From Gammaproteobacteria bacterium (GTDB taxonomy: Bacteria > Pseudomonadota > Gammaproteobacteria > Eutrophobiales > Eutrophobiaceae): a stretch of DNA of 64,000 bases. Both the position numbers and the translations under genes were made by a program. Below, piece by piece: positions 19,234-29,407 of this stretch. The stretch's first letter is position 1; every line of letters starts with the position of its first letter. Where the stretch lies: the NCBI GenBank assembly GCA_965221695.1, contig OZ244905.1, positions 1,376,001 through 1,440,000 of the forward strand. Direction: 5' to 3'. Below the pieces are notes generated by a model. The model did no database searches, had not been told where the DNA came from, and was given only the letters and a program-made list of their open reading frames with translations.

Positions 19234-19520
19234 GGATGTACAGGACTGTTTAATTTAATGTCGATAGACAGGATTATCTAACATGGATGCACAGGATCAT
19301 TTAACATTGATACACAGGATTAACAGGATTAACAAGATATTATAATTTATAATATGGGAGCTTCGTTAATTGAAAACCTCAGCCCGGATTCAGGCAGTCT
19401 ACTGCAAAAACAAATAATAACTATTTTATCCTGTATATCCTGTACATCCATGTTAAATAATCCTGTGTATCAATGTTAAGTAATTCTGTTCATCCATGTT
19501 AAATAATCCCGTGCATTTAT
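19226..19520. repeat. Mirrored array of ~23 bp repeats (TTTAACATGGATGNACAGGAT) forming a large imperfect palindrome
   Basis: About four forward units at 19226-19338 and four reverse units at 19428-19520; 19301-19322 and 19458-19479 are exact 22 bp reverse complements. Confidence 0.85.
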
Positions 19521-20613
19521 GGACGACCACGCTTCCGTAGAATTCTCGGAGGTCTGCAAGAGTTACGACGGGCAGACATTTTCGGTCCGGGACTTCAGCT
19601 TGAGTGTCCGGCATGGTGAGTTCGTCACCCTGTTGGGGCCATCCGGGTCCGGTAAGACGACCTGCCTGAAGATGCTGGCCGGCTTCGAGGAACCGAGCAG
19701 CGGCGAAATCCGGTTGAACGGCCGTCCCGTCAACCAGGTCAAGCCCTGGAAGCGGAACATCGGTGTCGTGTTCCAGCACTATGCGCTGTTCCCGCACATG
19801 ACGATTGCCGAAAACCTTGCGTTCCCCCTGCAAGCCCGGCATATCCCCAAGGACGAGATAGAAAAGAGTGTCTTGCGCGCACTGGACATGGTGCAGTTGC
19901 GAGATTTTGCCGGGCGCCGTCCCGCACACCTGTCCGGTGGCCAGCAGCAGCGGGTTGCCATCGCCCGCGCGCTGGTATTCGAGCCGGACCTGATCCTGAT
20001 GGATGAACCCCTGGGCGCGCTGGACCGGCGCCTGCGCGAGGAGATGCAGTACGAGATCAGGAACCTGCAGCAACGGCTGGGAGTCACGATGATCTACGTA
20101 ACCCATGACCAGGGCGAAGCCATGGTATTGTCGGACCGGGTCGCGGTCATGGACCAGGGGCGAATTTGCCAGGTCGCCTCGCCTGAGGCTTTGTACGAGG
20201 AACCGCAACGCCTGTTTGTCGCGAATTTCATCGGCGAAAACAACCAGGTCGAGGGGCGGATTCTCGACTGCAACCCGGACGAGTGCCGGGTGGAGGTGGG
20301 CGGGCAAATTGTGCGCGCATTCCCGGTGGCCGTTGATGAAAACGATACGCACACCTGTCTTACCATCCGGCCTGAGCGGGTGGCCCTGAACCCGCCCCCG
20401 GATCTCTACCCCAACTGTTTTGAGGCAGAGGTGAAAGACATCATCTTCATGGGTGATTACCTGCGCGTTCATGCCGCGCTTCTTGGACGTTCACAGTTTA
20501 TCGTCAAAATTCCCAATATCATCGGACATGGCGCAATCCTCCCGGGGGATACCGTCACCCTCGGCTGGCTGGTTACCGATTGCCGGGCGCTGGATGCCGG
20601 GGTTTCGGAATGA
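19519..20613 (+). CDS. Polyamine-type ABC transporter ATP-binding subunit (PotA-like)
   Basis: [34 protein letters not shown]-like C-terminus. Confidence 0.92.
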   Translation: MDDHASVEFSEVCKSYDGQTFSVRDFSLSVRHGEFVTLLGPSGSGKTTCLKMLAGFEEPSSGEIRLNGRPVNQVKPWKRNIGVVFQHYALFPHMTIAENLAFPLQARHIPKDEIEKSVLRALDMVQLRDFAGRRPAHLSGGQQQRVAIARALVFEPDLILMDEPLGALDRRLREEMQYEIRNLQQRLGVTMIYVTHDQGEAMVLSDRVAVMDQGRICQVASPEALYEEPQRLFVANFIGENNQVEGRILDCNPDECRVEVGGQIVRAFPVAVDENDTHTCLTIRPERVALNPPPDLYPNCFEAEVKDIIFMGDYLRVHAALLGRSQFIVKIPNIIGHGAILPGDTVTLGWLVTDCRALDAGVSE

Positions 20614-20671
20614 TGCAGATGTACCAGGGACGGATTTCGAATCTGTCCCCTTATTCAACAGGAGAAAACAA

Positions 20672-21769
20672 GTGAATACAATCAAGACAACAATCCGTCC
20701 TTTTGCAGTCCTGGTCATGGGGCTGATGGCAATTCCGAGCGACGCCCAGGAAGACGATTTCATTACCGTCGTGTCCTGGGGCGGTTCCTATGCGCGGGCT
20801 TCGGTCAATGCCTACCACCAGCGTTTTGTCGAGGAGACCGGCATCCGCATCAAACTGGATGAATATAATGGTGGCCTGGCCCAGATCAGGGCGCAGGCAG
20901 AAACCGGCAACGTTTCCTGGGACGTGGTCGACATGGAGGCCGGCGACGCGTTGCTCGGCTGTGACGAGGGACTGCTGGAAACGGTGGATTACGAGACCCT
21001 GCCGGCGTCGCCGGACGGCGTCCCGGCCGCGGAGGATTTCATGGATGTCTTCGATGTCGAATGCGGCGTGAAAAATATCATCTACAGCACCGTCTACGCG
21101 TACAACGACACCCGGTTCCCCGAAACCAAGCCGACTACGATGGCTGATTTCTTTGATCTCGACAAATTCCCGGGTCGTCGGGGCATGCGCAGAACTCCCA
21201 ACGCCAACCTGGAATTTGCGTTGCTGGCTGACGGTGTTCCGGCAGATCAAGTCTACGAGGAGCTGTCAAGCGAGGCAGGCATCGCCCGCGCGTTCAGCAA
21301 ATTGGATACCATCAAGGACCAGGTGGTCTGGTGGGAAGCAGGCGCACAACCGCCGCAGATGCTGGCCGACGGCGAGGTTGCGATGAGCACCGCCTATAAC
21401 GGCCGCATCTTCAATGCCTGGGCCTTGGAAAGCCAGCCCCTGACCATCGTCTGGGACGGCCAGGTGCTGGCAACGGGATTCCATGTCATCGTGGCCGGCA
21501 CCCGCAAACTGGAGTTGGCCCGAAAGTTCGTCGCGTTCGCCACTACTACCCGGTCGCTGGCCAACCTGACCAAGTATATTTCTTACGGTCCGCTGCGCGA
21601 GTCATCGCTGGCGCTGGTGGACAAGCATGAAGAAACCGGAATCGACATGGAACCGCACCTGCCCAATGCGCGGCAGAACATGGCCAACGCGGTGCTGGAA
21701 GACCCTGAATGGTGGGCGGACAACCAGGACGAGATGAACGAACGCTTCGCAGCGTGGTTGATCAGGTAA
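20672..21769 (+). CDS. Polyamine-type ABC transporter substrate-binding protein
   Basis: GTG start after GGAGA; VSWGGSY, DFFDLDKFPGRRG, GAQPPQMLADGEV, YNGR. Confidence 0.9.
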   Translation: MNTIKTTIRPFAVLVMGLMAIPSDAQEDDFITVVSWGGSYARASVNAYHQRFVEETGIRIKLDEYNGGLAQIRAQAETGNVSWDVVDMEAGDALLGCDEGLLETVDYETLPASPDGVPAAEDFMDVFDVECGVKNIIYSTVYAYNDTRFPETKPTTMADFFDLDKFPGRRGMRRTPNANLEFALLADGVPADQVYEELSSEAGIARAFSKLDTIKDQVVWWEAGAQPPQMLADGEVAMSTAYNGRIFNAWALESQPLTIVWDGQVLATGFHVIVAGTRKLELARKFVAFATTTRSLANLTKYISYGPLRESSLALVDKHEETGIDMEPHLPNARQNMANAVLEDPEWWADNQDEMNERFAAWLIR

Positions 21770-21858
21770 ATCGTGGAAGCAGGAAAAATTAACGAACAAC
21801 ATGAGAGCTACCTAACGTTCCACTCTACGAGCGCTGTGCTCTCTGTGGCATACAAATT

Positions 21859-23043
21859 ATGACCAAAACGCGTGCCCGCGCGGTCATGCTGGCGCTGCCG
21901 CTGACCGCGTTCATCCTGGTGACATTTGTCGCGCCCCTGGGCAGTATGCTCATGCGCAGCGTGCACGATCCGCTGGTCGCGGACATCATGCCCGAAACCG
22001 TTGCCGCGCTGGCGCAATGGGACGGGACAGGCTTGCCGGCAGAGCAGGTGTACACGCTGGCGGCGCAGGAACTCGACCGGGCGCGGGAAGAGAGAACCAT
22101 CGGCAAGCTCGCGACCCGGTTGAACCGGGATACCTCCGGGCTGCGCGGCGTGATTATGCGCACCGGCAGAGGCTTGAAACGCGCAGGTGAACCACCCTGG
22201 TCAGTGTCCTTGCCGGCAATAAATCCGGCCTGGGGGGAACCCGCGGTCTGGCAGGCGCTGGTCCGTACCGGGGCGCGAGTCACGCCCGTGTATTACCTTA
22301 ACGCGCTGGACCTGACCTTCGGCAGCGACGGCGGGATTGCCCGGCAACCGGAGGATCGCCGCATCTACACCGCCCTGTTCATCAAGACTATCCGGGTCAG
22401 CCTGACCATCACCCTGCTGTGCCTGGCAGTCGGTTATCCTGTCGCGTACCTGATCGCCCATTCAGCGCCGCACCTGGCTCGCCTGCTGTTGGTACTGGTG
22501 CTGGTGCCGTTCTGGACGTCCCTGCTGGTACGCACCACCTCCTGGATCGTGCTGTTGCAGCAACAAGGTGTGGTCAACGACCTGCTGGTCTGGCTTGGAC
22601 TGGTCCCGGATGAACAACGGCTGACGATGATCCATAACATGACCGGCACCACGGTCGCGATGACTCATGTGCTGCTACCGTTCATGATCCTGCCGCTTTA
22701 TTCGGTGATGCGAGGCATTCCCGCGGTACAGATGCAGGCAGCCATGTCCCTGGGCGCCTCATGGACCAGGGCATTTTATAGGGTCTACCTGCCCCAGTCG
22801 CTGCCCGGGGTCGGCGCCGGTTGCCTGCTGGTATTCATCCTGGCAATAGGTTATTACATCACACCGGCGCTGGTGGGCGGGCAAAGCGGGCAGTTGATCT
22901 CCAACTTCATCGCCTACCATATTCAAACTTCGTTGAACTGGGGGCTGGCCGCGGCCCTGGGTTGTGTGCTGTTCATCGCCGTGTTGCTGCTATTCCTGCT
23001 CTATGACCGGGTACTCGGGCTGGATCGAATGAAGCTTGGCTGA
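21859..23043 (+). CDS. ABC transporter permease (PotB-like)
   Basis: PFWTSLLVRT, HVLLPFMILPLY, GYYITPALVGG. Confidence 0.9.
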   Translation: MTKTRARAVMLALPLTAFILVTFVAPLGSMLMRSVHDPLVADIMPETVAALAQWDGTGLPAEQVYTLAAQELDRAREERTIGKLATRLNRDTSGLRGVIMRTGRGLKRAGEPPWSVSLPAINPAWGEPAVWQALVRTGARVTPVYYLNALDLTFGSDGGIARQPEDRRIYTALFIKTIRVSLTITLLCLAVGYPVAYLIAHSAPHLARLLLVLVLVPFWTSLLVRTTSWIVLLQQQGVVNDLLVWLGLVPDEQRLTMIHNMTGTTVAMTHVLLPFMILPLYSVMRGIPAVQMQAAMSLGASWTRAFYRVYLPQSLPGVGAGCLLVFILAIGYYITPALVGGQSGQLISNFIAYHIQTSLNWGLAAALGCVLFIAVLLLFLLYDRVLGLDRMKLG

Positions 23044-23860
23044 TATGCGGATCAATCCCGGAAAATGGGCGCTGCGGCTGTTCTGTGGTCTCGCATTCCT
23101 GTTCCTGGTCGCGCCGATCCTGGTGATCATCCCGCTGTCGTTCAACGCCGAACCCTATTTTACGTTTACCCGGGGCATGCTGGAACTGGATCCGGATGCG
23201 TATTCTCTGCGCTGGTATCAACAGGTAATTTTCGGTGAACAATGGCAAAACGCGGCGCTGAACTCACTCATCATCGGCGTGTCGGCAACGGCCCTGGCAA
23301 CCGTGCTGGGCACACTGGCAGCCCTGGGCCTGTCCAGCCCGGCGCTACCCTGGCGCCGCTCGCTCACCGCGCTGTTGATTTCGCCACTCATCGTACCTAT
23401 CGTGATCAGCGCCACGGGCATGTTCTTCTTCTATTCCAGTCTCAACCTGACCCAGACCTACAGCGCATTGATCCTGTCACACGCAGCCCTGGGCGCACCG
23501 TTCGTGGTGATCACGGTGACAGCGTCCATGGCCGGTTTCAACCGGGAGCTGCTGCTCGCGTCGGCGAGTCTTGGAGCCGGACCGATACGGAGTTTTTTCA
23601 AAGTCCAGTTGCCTATCATCAGCCCCGGTGTGATTTCCGGCGCACTGTTTGCGTTTGCCGCATCCCTGGATGAAGTGGTGGTTGTGCTGTTCATGGGCGG
23701 CATTGAGCAGCGCACTATCCCCAGGGAAATGTGGTCCGGCATACGCGAAGAGATCAGCCCGGCCATCCTTGCCGCGGCCACTTTCCTGATCCTGGTCGCG
23801 CTGCTGTTGCTGATTGCAGTCGAACTACTGCAACGCCCAGAGAAAAAACGGGGTAATTAA
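23036..23860 (+). CDS. ABC transporter permease (PotC-like)
   Basis: PLSFN, SLRWY, SLDEVVV, QRTIPREMWSG. Confidence 0.9.
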   Translation: MADMRINPGKWALRLFCGLAFLFLVAPILVIIPLSFNAEPYFTFTRGMLELDPDAYSLRWYQQVIFGEQWQNAALNSLIIGVSATALATVLGTLAALGLSSPALPWRRSLTALLISPLIVPIVISATGMFFFYSSLNLTQTYSALILSHAALGAPFVVITVTASMAGFNRELLLASASLGAGPIRSFFKVQLPIISPGVISGALFAFAASLDEVVVVLFMGGIEQRTIPREMWSGIREEISPAILAAATFLILVALLLLIAVELLQRPEKKRGN

Positions 23861-23896
23861 GGAACTTCTGAGACTTAATCCTAGTACTCTTTCAAC

Positions 23897-24898
23897 TTAA
23901 TTCATTTCCGGTTTCTGTTCCCGTGACAGTAAATCATGTACTGCCGCCTGCGGGGTGACTTTGCCGTCAATCACGTTCAGGACCTGTTTGCTGATAGGCA
24001 TATCCACCTTGTATTTTTCAGCCAGCGCGCAGACCACCCGGGCGGTGTGTAGACCTTCCACCGCCTGGCCGATTTCCGCCAGCGCCTGTTCCGGCATTCT
24101 GCCCTGGGCCAAGGCCAGACCAAAACGGCGGTTACGGGATTGATCGTCCGTACAGGTGAGTGTCAGGTCGCCCAGCCCGGACAAACCCATGAAGGTATCG
24201 GCCCTGCCTCCCATAGCCCGTCCCAGACGCATGATCTCAGCCAACCCCCTGGCAATTAACGCGGCCCGGGTGTTGGCGCCATAGCGCAGTCCATCGGCGA
24301 TGCCGGCGGCAATTGCCATGACGTTCTTTACGGCGCCGCCAACCTGCGCGCCGATGATATCATCGTGGGTGTAGGACCTGAATACCTCGCAATGGAATAA
24401 TTGTGATAATTCAAGCGCAACGGAAGGGTTTTGCGAGGCAATCGTCACCGCAGTGGGCATACCCTCCGCCACTTCCCGCGCGAACGACGGCCCGGACAGC
24501 GCCGCGACCCCGACGCCAGGCAGATATTGCTCCACCAGCAAGTGGTTAAGAGTCAAGGAGCGCTGATCGATGCCCTTGCTCGCCAAGCAGATACTGAAGT
24601 CGTGTTTTGGCAGCCCTTGCAACTCCTCCAACACATCGATCAATCCGGCGCATGGCGTAGCTAGCAAAACATGTTTCACGCCGGTAGGGAGCGGCGTAAA
24701 ACGGCGCACGGCAGTCAGGTTGTCGGGAAACTCATGGCCAGGGAGATGGTGATTATTGCATTTTTCCTCTATCAGCCGGTCCAGATGCGAGTCAAGGCAA
24801 TCCCACAGGAAGGTCCGATGTCCGTTGCGCGCCAGGACCAGCGCCAGGGCAGTGCCCCAAGAGCCTGCGCCCACAACCATTACCGGGAGCTTGCTCAA
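23897..24898 (-). CDS. gpsA: NAD(P)H-dependent glycerol-3-phosphate dehydrogenase
   Basis: GAGSWGTALA, SGPSFAREVA, GLSGLGDLTLTCTDDQSRNRRFG; TTG start overlapping the secB stop (TTGA). Confidence 0.93.
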   Translation of the reverse strand: MSKLPVMVVGAGSWGTALALVLARNGHRTFLWDCLDSHLDRLIEEKCNNHHLPGHEFPDNLTAVRRFTPLPTGVKHVLLATPCAGLIDVLEELQGLPKHDFSICLASKGIDQRSLTLNHLLVEQYLPGVGVAALSGPSFAREVAEGMPTAVTIASQNPSVALELSQLFHCEVFRSYTHDDIIGAQVGGAVKNVMAIAAGIADGLRYGANTRAALIARGLAEIMRLGRAMGGRADTFMGLSGLGDLTLTCTDDQSRNRRFGLALAQGRMPEQALAEIGQAVEGLHTARVVCALAEKYKVDMPISKQVLNVIDGKVTPQAAVHDLLSREQKPEMN

Positions 24899-25383
24899 TG
24901 GCGCACTTCCGCCTCTGCGGCGCGTTTCTGTCGGAGCTGCTGGTACAGCGCATCGAAATTCACCGGCGCCAGCAGCAGTTGCGGGAACCCGGCGCGCAGC
25001 GCCAGATCGGAGATCATTTCGCGCACATAGGGAAACAGGATATTCGGGCAAACAGTAGCCAGCATACGGCCCAGGATATCCTCGGGGAAATCAACGATGA
25101 GAAATATACCGGCCTGTTGCACCTCAATGAGATAAACAGTCTTGTCCTGAGCGCTGACTGTGGCGGTCACCGACAGGGTTACCTCATACAGATTGTCCCC
25201 GAGTCCATCTGCCGAGTTAGCGATATCCATGTGCACAGAAGGTTTCCACTGCTCCCGGAAGATCTGCGGCGATCCAGGGGTTTCCAGCGAGACGTTCTTT
25301 ACGTAAATCTTCTGGATGTCGAACTGGCCGCGCGGGCCCGTTCCTTCAGTCGACGCCGGCTGGTTTTGCTGCTCCTCTGCCAT
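24895..25383 (-). CDS. secB: Protein export chaperone SecB
   Basis: IQKIYVKNVSLE, EVQQAGIF, CPNILFPYVRE, PVNFDALY; start at MAEEQ. Confidence 0.95.
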   Translation of the reverse strand: MAEEQQNQPASTEGTGPRGQFDIQKIYVKNVSLETPGSPQIFREQWKPSVHMDIANSADGLGDNLYEVTLSVTATVSAQDKTVYLIEVQQAGIFLIVDFPEDILGRMLATVCPNILFPYVREMISDLALRAGFPQLLLAPVNFDALYQQLRQKRAAEAEVRH

Positions 25384-25451
25384 CGGTTTTCTCCTGGATA
25401 TTTGAATGAACGGACGCGGAGTTGTGATCCGTTCCTGTTGTTTGTGGCATA

Positions 25452-25877
25452 TTATTCGCGCGTGACCGGCAGATTGGCGTTGCGCCAAGCTTCCAGCCCG
25501 CCTTTCAATGAATAGATTTTCTCAAATCCGGCAAGCTTCAGGATGCGCCCCGCTTTGACGCCGTCCGAATCCCGGCTGCAACACAGGATGATGGGGTTTG
25601 ATTTGTATTTTTGCAGTTCTTTCTGACGGCTTTCCAACTCCGCGGCAGGGATATTGCGGGAGCTCAGGATATGTCCCGAAGAATAATCGGCGCCGGCGCG
25701 CAAATCCAGCAACAACGCTTTTTCATGATTCAGCAAACGCGTCACTTCGCTCGGGGCCACTTGGGTAAGGCCGGACATGGTAGAACCGAAAATATTCCAT
25801 AACAGCAAGGCCAGGATAGCGACGAACAACAAGACCAGCCAAAGGTGATTGGCAATGAATTCAGGCAATTTCTCCAT
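25452..25877 (-). CDS. Membrane-anchored rhodanese-like protein (YibN-like)
   Basis: EFIANHLWL TM, GHI, LKGGLEAWRNANLP; conserved position next to secB. Confidence 0.88.
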   Translation of the reverse strand: MEKLPEFIANHLWLVLLFVAILALLLWNIFGSTMSGLTQVAPSEVTRLLNHEKALLLDLRAGADYSSGHILSSRNIPAAELESRQKELQKYKSNPIILCCSRDSDGVKAGRILKLAGFEKIYSLKGGLEAWRNANLPVTRE

Positions 25878-25997
25878 GGGGGTATTATATCTCATTTCTC
25901 AAGCCGGTATGCGCCCGTACCCATAATCGGTTATCATGTGGCGCTTTATCAACCGCGAACAGCGCCGGCTCTTTCAGCGGGTTCTTAAAGCAAACTG

Positions 25998-26044
25998 AGG
26001 AAGCTCTGAACAAGACTATCCTGGACTTGTCAGAGTACGGAGAA
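25998..26044. repeat. Partial copy (first hairpin) of the five-hairpin element
   Basis: ggaagctctgaacaagactatcctggacttgtcagagtacgga is nearly identical to the reverse complement of 60706-60748. Confidence 0.8.
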
Positions 26045-26049
26045 TAATT

Positions 26050-26574
26050 ATGCGTTTAACATGGTCACTTATACTACTGCTGATGCTGCCAGGTCTCGCC
26101 AGCGCGCACGGACCGTCAAGGAAATCGCTGAAACTTGAGGTCAGCATTGATGCCGGCGCCGAAAAAGTCTGGGCATTGCTCAATGAATTCTGCTCGATCG
26201 CGGAATGGAACCCCGGCGTAACCGACTGTGAGATGGACGCGCCCGACCAGCCCGGAACCATCAGGACCATCACTCTTGCCGCCGGCGGCGCCCTGGAAGA
26301 AAAACTGGGCAAGGTAACGCCGGAAACGATGCGCATCCAGTACACGCTGGTAAAATCGAATTCGGACGCGCTGCCGGTCAGGACAATGGGATCGATATTG
26401 ACCGTGAAACCGGTTGACGACGGGACCTCGACCTTGGAATACAAGGCCGCTTTTTACCGGGCCTACCCGGGCATGGACCCGCCGCCTGAACTGAATGACG
26501 AAGCCTGCGCAGAAGCCATCCGCAACCTGTACGAACCCGGTCTGAACAGCCTGAAGGCAGCCGCGGAACAGTAA
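26050..26574 (+). CDS. Exported SRPBCC family protein, MxaD-like
   Basis: Signal peptide then HGPSRK, KVW, WNP, AFYR.YP...PPPELNDEA, as in MxaD-type proteins. Confidence 0.75.
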   Translation: MRLTWSLILLLMLPGLASAHGPSRKSLKLEVSIDAGAEKVWALLNEFCSIAEWNPGVTDCEMDAPDQPGTIRTITLAAGGALEEKLGKVTPETMRIQYTLVKSNSDALPVRTMGSILTVKPVDDGTSTLEYKAAFYRAYPGMDPPPELNDEACAEAIRNLYEPGLNSLKAAAEQ

Positions 26575-26591
26575 TACCAGCAGCCAGGTCC

Positions 26592-27614
26592 GTGCATCCA
26601 CCCACCGCGCCGGCATTGCCGCTGCTGCGCCTGGTAAGCGCAGTCATCTGCCTGCTCTTTTGCCTGTACGCGGGCGCAGCGCCGCTGTCCTATATCACCA
26701 ACCAGGAAGCGGACAGCGTTTCCGTCATCGACAATGCAACCCGCACGGTTATCCATACCATTCCCGTCGGCAGCCGGCCGGCGGGAGTGACGACCACAGC
26801 GCATAATCGCCACGTCTATATCACCAACCCTGAAGGGCGGAGCATCAGCGTTATCGCAACCTCCACCAACACGGTGATACGAACTCTGCCCACGGGCGGA
26901 TCGCCGCTCGGCATCGTCGCGGACAGCCGTGGGGAGAACATATATGTCGCCGACTGGTACGGCAATCGCATCCATGTCATCGCCGACAACACGCTTGAGA
27001 TCATAAATGAACTGCCTGCAGGCAGGACCCCCGCAGGTATGGCGCTGGGTGGCGGGGACCGTTACCTGTACGTCGCCAACAAGGAAGACAATGCGGTATC
27101 GGTCATCGACCTGGAACGGCGGCGCATCATCGCCGAGATACCGACCGGCAAAGCGCCGTTCGGGTTGCTGCTGCTGGAGCAGCAGGGATTGTTACTGTCG
27201 ACTAACGTGCAGGACAGTACTCTCAGCGTCATATCGACGGCGCAAAACAAGGTCACGGCAACCGTCCGGGTGCGGGAATTTCCTTATGCGATGACTTGGC
27301 ACCAGCCAACACAGAGGCTGTTCATCACCAACCAGCGAGACAACAGCGTCTCCGTCGTAGACCTCGAACGGATGGAGGAAGTTGCGCTTATCCTCGTTGG
27401 CGACTACCCTGAGGGAATTGACCTTGACCCGGTGTCCGGGCTGATCTACGTCGCCAACTGGTTCGATGGTGATGTGGCGGTGATAGACCCGGTCTCCCTG
27501 CAGGTCATCGACCGGATTGCAACGGGGGACGGCAGTCGCGCCTTCGGGAAATTCATCACACCGGACAAATCCGTTATTGATACAAAAGGGCCACGGCAAT
27601 ATCGTCATCAATAA
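26592..27614 (+). CDS. YVTN-repeat beta-propeller protein (MxaE/YncE-like)
   Basis: Repeated YITN/YVAN...SVSVID...IPVG..P units; ends GSRAFGKFI. Confidence 0.85.
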   Translation: MHPPTAPALPLLRLVSAVICLLFCLYAGAAPLSYITNQEADSVSVIDNATRTVIHTIPVGSRPAGVTTTAHNRHVYITNPEGRSISVIATSTNTVIRTLPTGGSPLGIVADSRGENIYVADWYGNRIHVIADNTLEIINELPAGRTPAGMALGGGDRYLYVANKEDNAVSVIDLERRRIIAEIPTGKAPFGLLLLEQQGLLLSTNVQDSTLSVISTAQNKVTATVRVREFPYAMTWHQPTQRLFITNQRDNSVSVVDLERMEEVALILVGDYPEGIDLDPVSGLIYVANWFDGDVAVIDPVSLQVIDRIATGDGSRAFGKFITPDKSVIDTKGPRQYRHQ

Positions 27615-27844
27615 CCGCATATATGGCTGCAATGTCTGCTTTGCCAATGCAAACCTTACGCTTGCATACCGGGGCGAACCATATATGAGGTATTCGGCTT
27701 AACAGGACAGAATTTTTATTCTAACCCCATGAATTCATGAGAGTAAATTCGGCAGGGGTGACGAGTAACGGGGGATTTGCTAAAATACAGCCCTTATCGT
27801 TTTCAACTCATTACATACTATTCTACACTTTTTCTCCGGTTGCC

Positions 27845-29407
27845 ATGCGCTTACTCCACCGTCCAATGGTATTGATCATCCTGGATGGTTGGGGCTATTC
27901 GGAGACAACTGCCTACAATGCCATCCACAGCGCCAGAAAACCGATATGGGACAGCATTTGGGACAGCTATCCTCACACCCTGCTTAACGCGTCCGGCATG
28001 GATGTGGGGCTGCCGGCCATGCAGATGGGCAACTCGGAAACCGGTCATATGAATATCGGTTCAGGTCGAATCGTAGACCAGGAGTTCACTCGCATCACCA
28101 AGGCCATAGAAGATCGGTCGTTCTTTGAAAACCAAACCTTGAAGGACGCCCTGGAAACTGCGGCGCAGAAAGGCCGCGCGGTCCATATCATGGGCCTGTT
28201 GTCTCCAGGCGGTGTGCACAACCACCAGGCACATATCTTTGCCCTGTTGGAGTTTGCCGCGCAGTACGATGTCAGGGATATCTATCTGCATGCCTTTCTG
28301 GATGGTAGGGACACGCCGCCGAAGAGCGCGGAAGAATACCTGGATGAGGCCTATCTGAGGATGCTGGAACTGGGCAAGGGCCACTTTGGCAGCCTGGTCG
28401 GGCGCTATTACGCCATGGATCGCAACCAGCGCTGGGAACGCACGCAGGTCGCCTATAATTTGATCACCGCGGCTGAGGCTGAATACCAGTCGGTCGACGC
28501 ATTCATCGCGGTGGACATGGCTTATGGCCGCGGCGAGACGGACGAGTTTGTAAAACCCACCGCGATCGTTCGGCGCGACGGTAGCGCCGCCCGGGTCGAA
28601 GCGGGTGATGTGGTCATCTTCAGCAACTATCGAGCAGATCGCGCGCGGCAACTAGCCGAGGCGTTCACCTCGGCGGATTTTAACGGTTTTGCGCGCGGCG
28701 CGCCGATTGACCTCGGCGCGTTCATCAGCATGACCGAATACCGATCGGATTTTGATTTTCCGATTCTGTTTCCTCCAGCACAATTGAAGAATGTGCTGGG
28801 CGAGTACCTGGCCAAGGCCGGGCTGACGCAGTTGCGCATCGCCGAAACGGAAAAATACGCCCACGTCACATTCTTTTTTAACGGCGGCGAGGAGCGGGTA
28901 TTCAAGGACGAGGACCGCATCCTGGTGCCATCGCCCCAGGCGCCAACCTACGATCTGTGCCCGGAGATGAGCGCGCCTGAAGTCACAGAACGCCTGACTG
29001 CTGCGATCGCGGCGGAGAAATATGACGTGATTATCTGCAATTTAGCCAACGCTGACATGGTGGGACATACCGGAGATTTTGATGCGACTGTCAAGGCCAT
29101 TGAAACTATCGATGCCTGTCTAGGAAAAATTCTTGCGCAGACCCGACGCGTCGGCGGCGAAATGCTGATCACTTCCGATCACGGCAATGCCGAGCAAATG
29201 CGCTCATTCATCACGGAAAAAGTCAGGGAACAGGCGCATACAGCTCATACCAGCAACCCGGTGCCACTGATCTACGTGGGGCGGCCCGCACAGGCCGCGC
29301 CTAGCGCCACCGCGGCGCTGTGTGACGTCGTGCCGACTATGCTAGACCTCATGGGGATGGAAAAGCCGGAAGAGATGACCGGCGCCCCCTTGTTCAAGCT
29401 GTGCTGA
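27845..29407 (+). CDS. gpmI: 2,3-bisphosphoglycerate-independent phosphoglycerate mutase
   Basis: ILDGWG, QMGNSETGH, LDGRDTPP, AETEKYAHVTFFFNGG, DMVGHTG, SDHGNAE. Confidence 0.95.
   Translation: MRLLHRPMVLIILDGWGYSETTAYNAIHSARKPIWDSIWDSYPHTLLNASGMDVGLPAMQMGNSETGHMNIGSGRIVDQEFTRITKAIEDRSFFENQTLKDALETAAQKGRAVHIMGLLSPGGVHNHQAHIFALLEFAAQYDVRDIYLHAFLDGRDTPPKSAEEYLDEAYLRMLELGKGHFGSLVGRYYAMDRNQRWERTQVAYNLITAAEAEYQSVDAFIAVDMAYGRGETDEFVKPTAIVRRDGSAARVEAGDVVIFSNYRADRARQLAEAFTSADFNGFARGAPIDLGAFISMTEYRSDFDFPILFPPAQLKNVLGEYLAKAGLTQLRIAETEKYAHVTFFFNGGEERVFKDEDRILVPSPQAPTYDLCPEMSAPEVTERLTAAIAAEKYDVIICNLANADMVGHTGDFDATVKAIETIDACLGKILAQTRRVGGEMLITSDHGNAEQMRSFITEKVREQAHTAHTSNPVPLIYVGRPAQAAPSATAALCDVVPTMLDLMGMEKPEEMTGAPLFKLC

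Noticed and set aside
19226-19520. Possible CRISPR array
   Set aside because: Units are degenerate, abut without unique spacers and switch orientation mid-array; no cas genes in the window.
19453-20472. 339 aa antisense ORF, and similar long shadow ORFs opposite hslU, ntrY, the amidase and the receptors
   Set aside because: Fully antisense to well-supported genes, no recognisable motifs, and expected in GC-rich coding DNA.
24899-25051. Long N-terminal extension of gpsA overlapping secB
   Set aside because: The Rossmann motif begins right after TTG 24898, which overlaps the secB stop in the usual coupled way.
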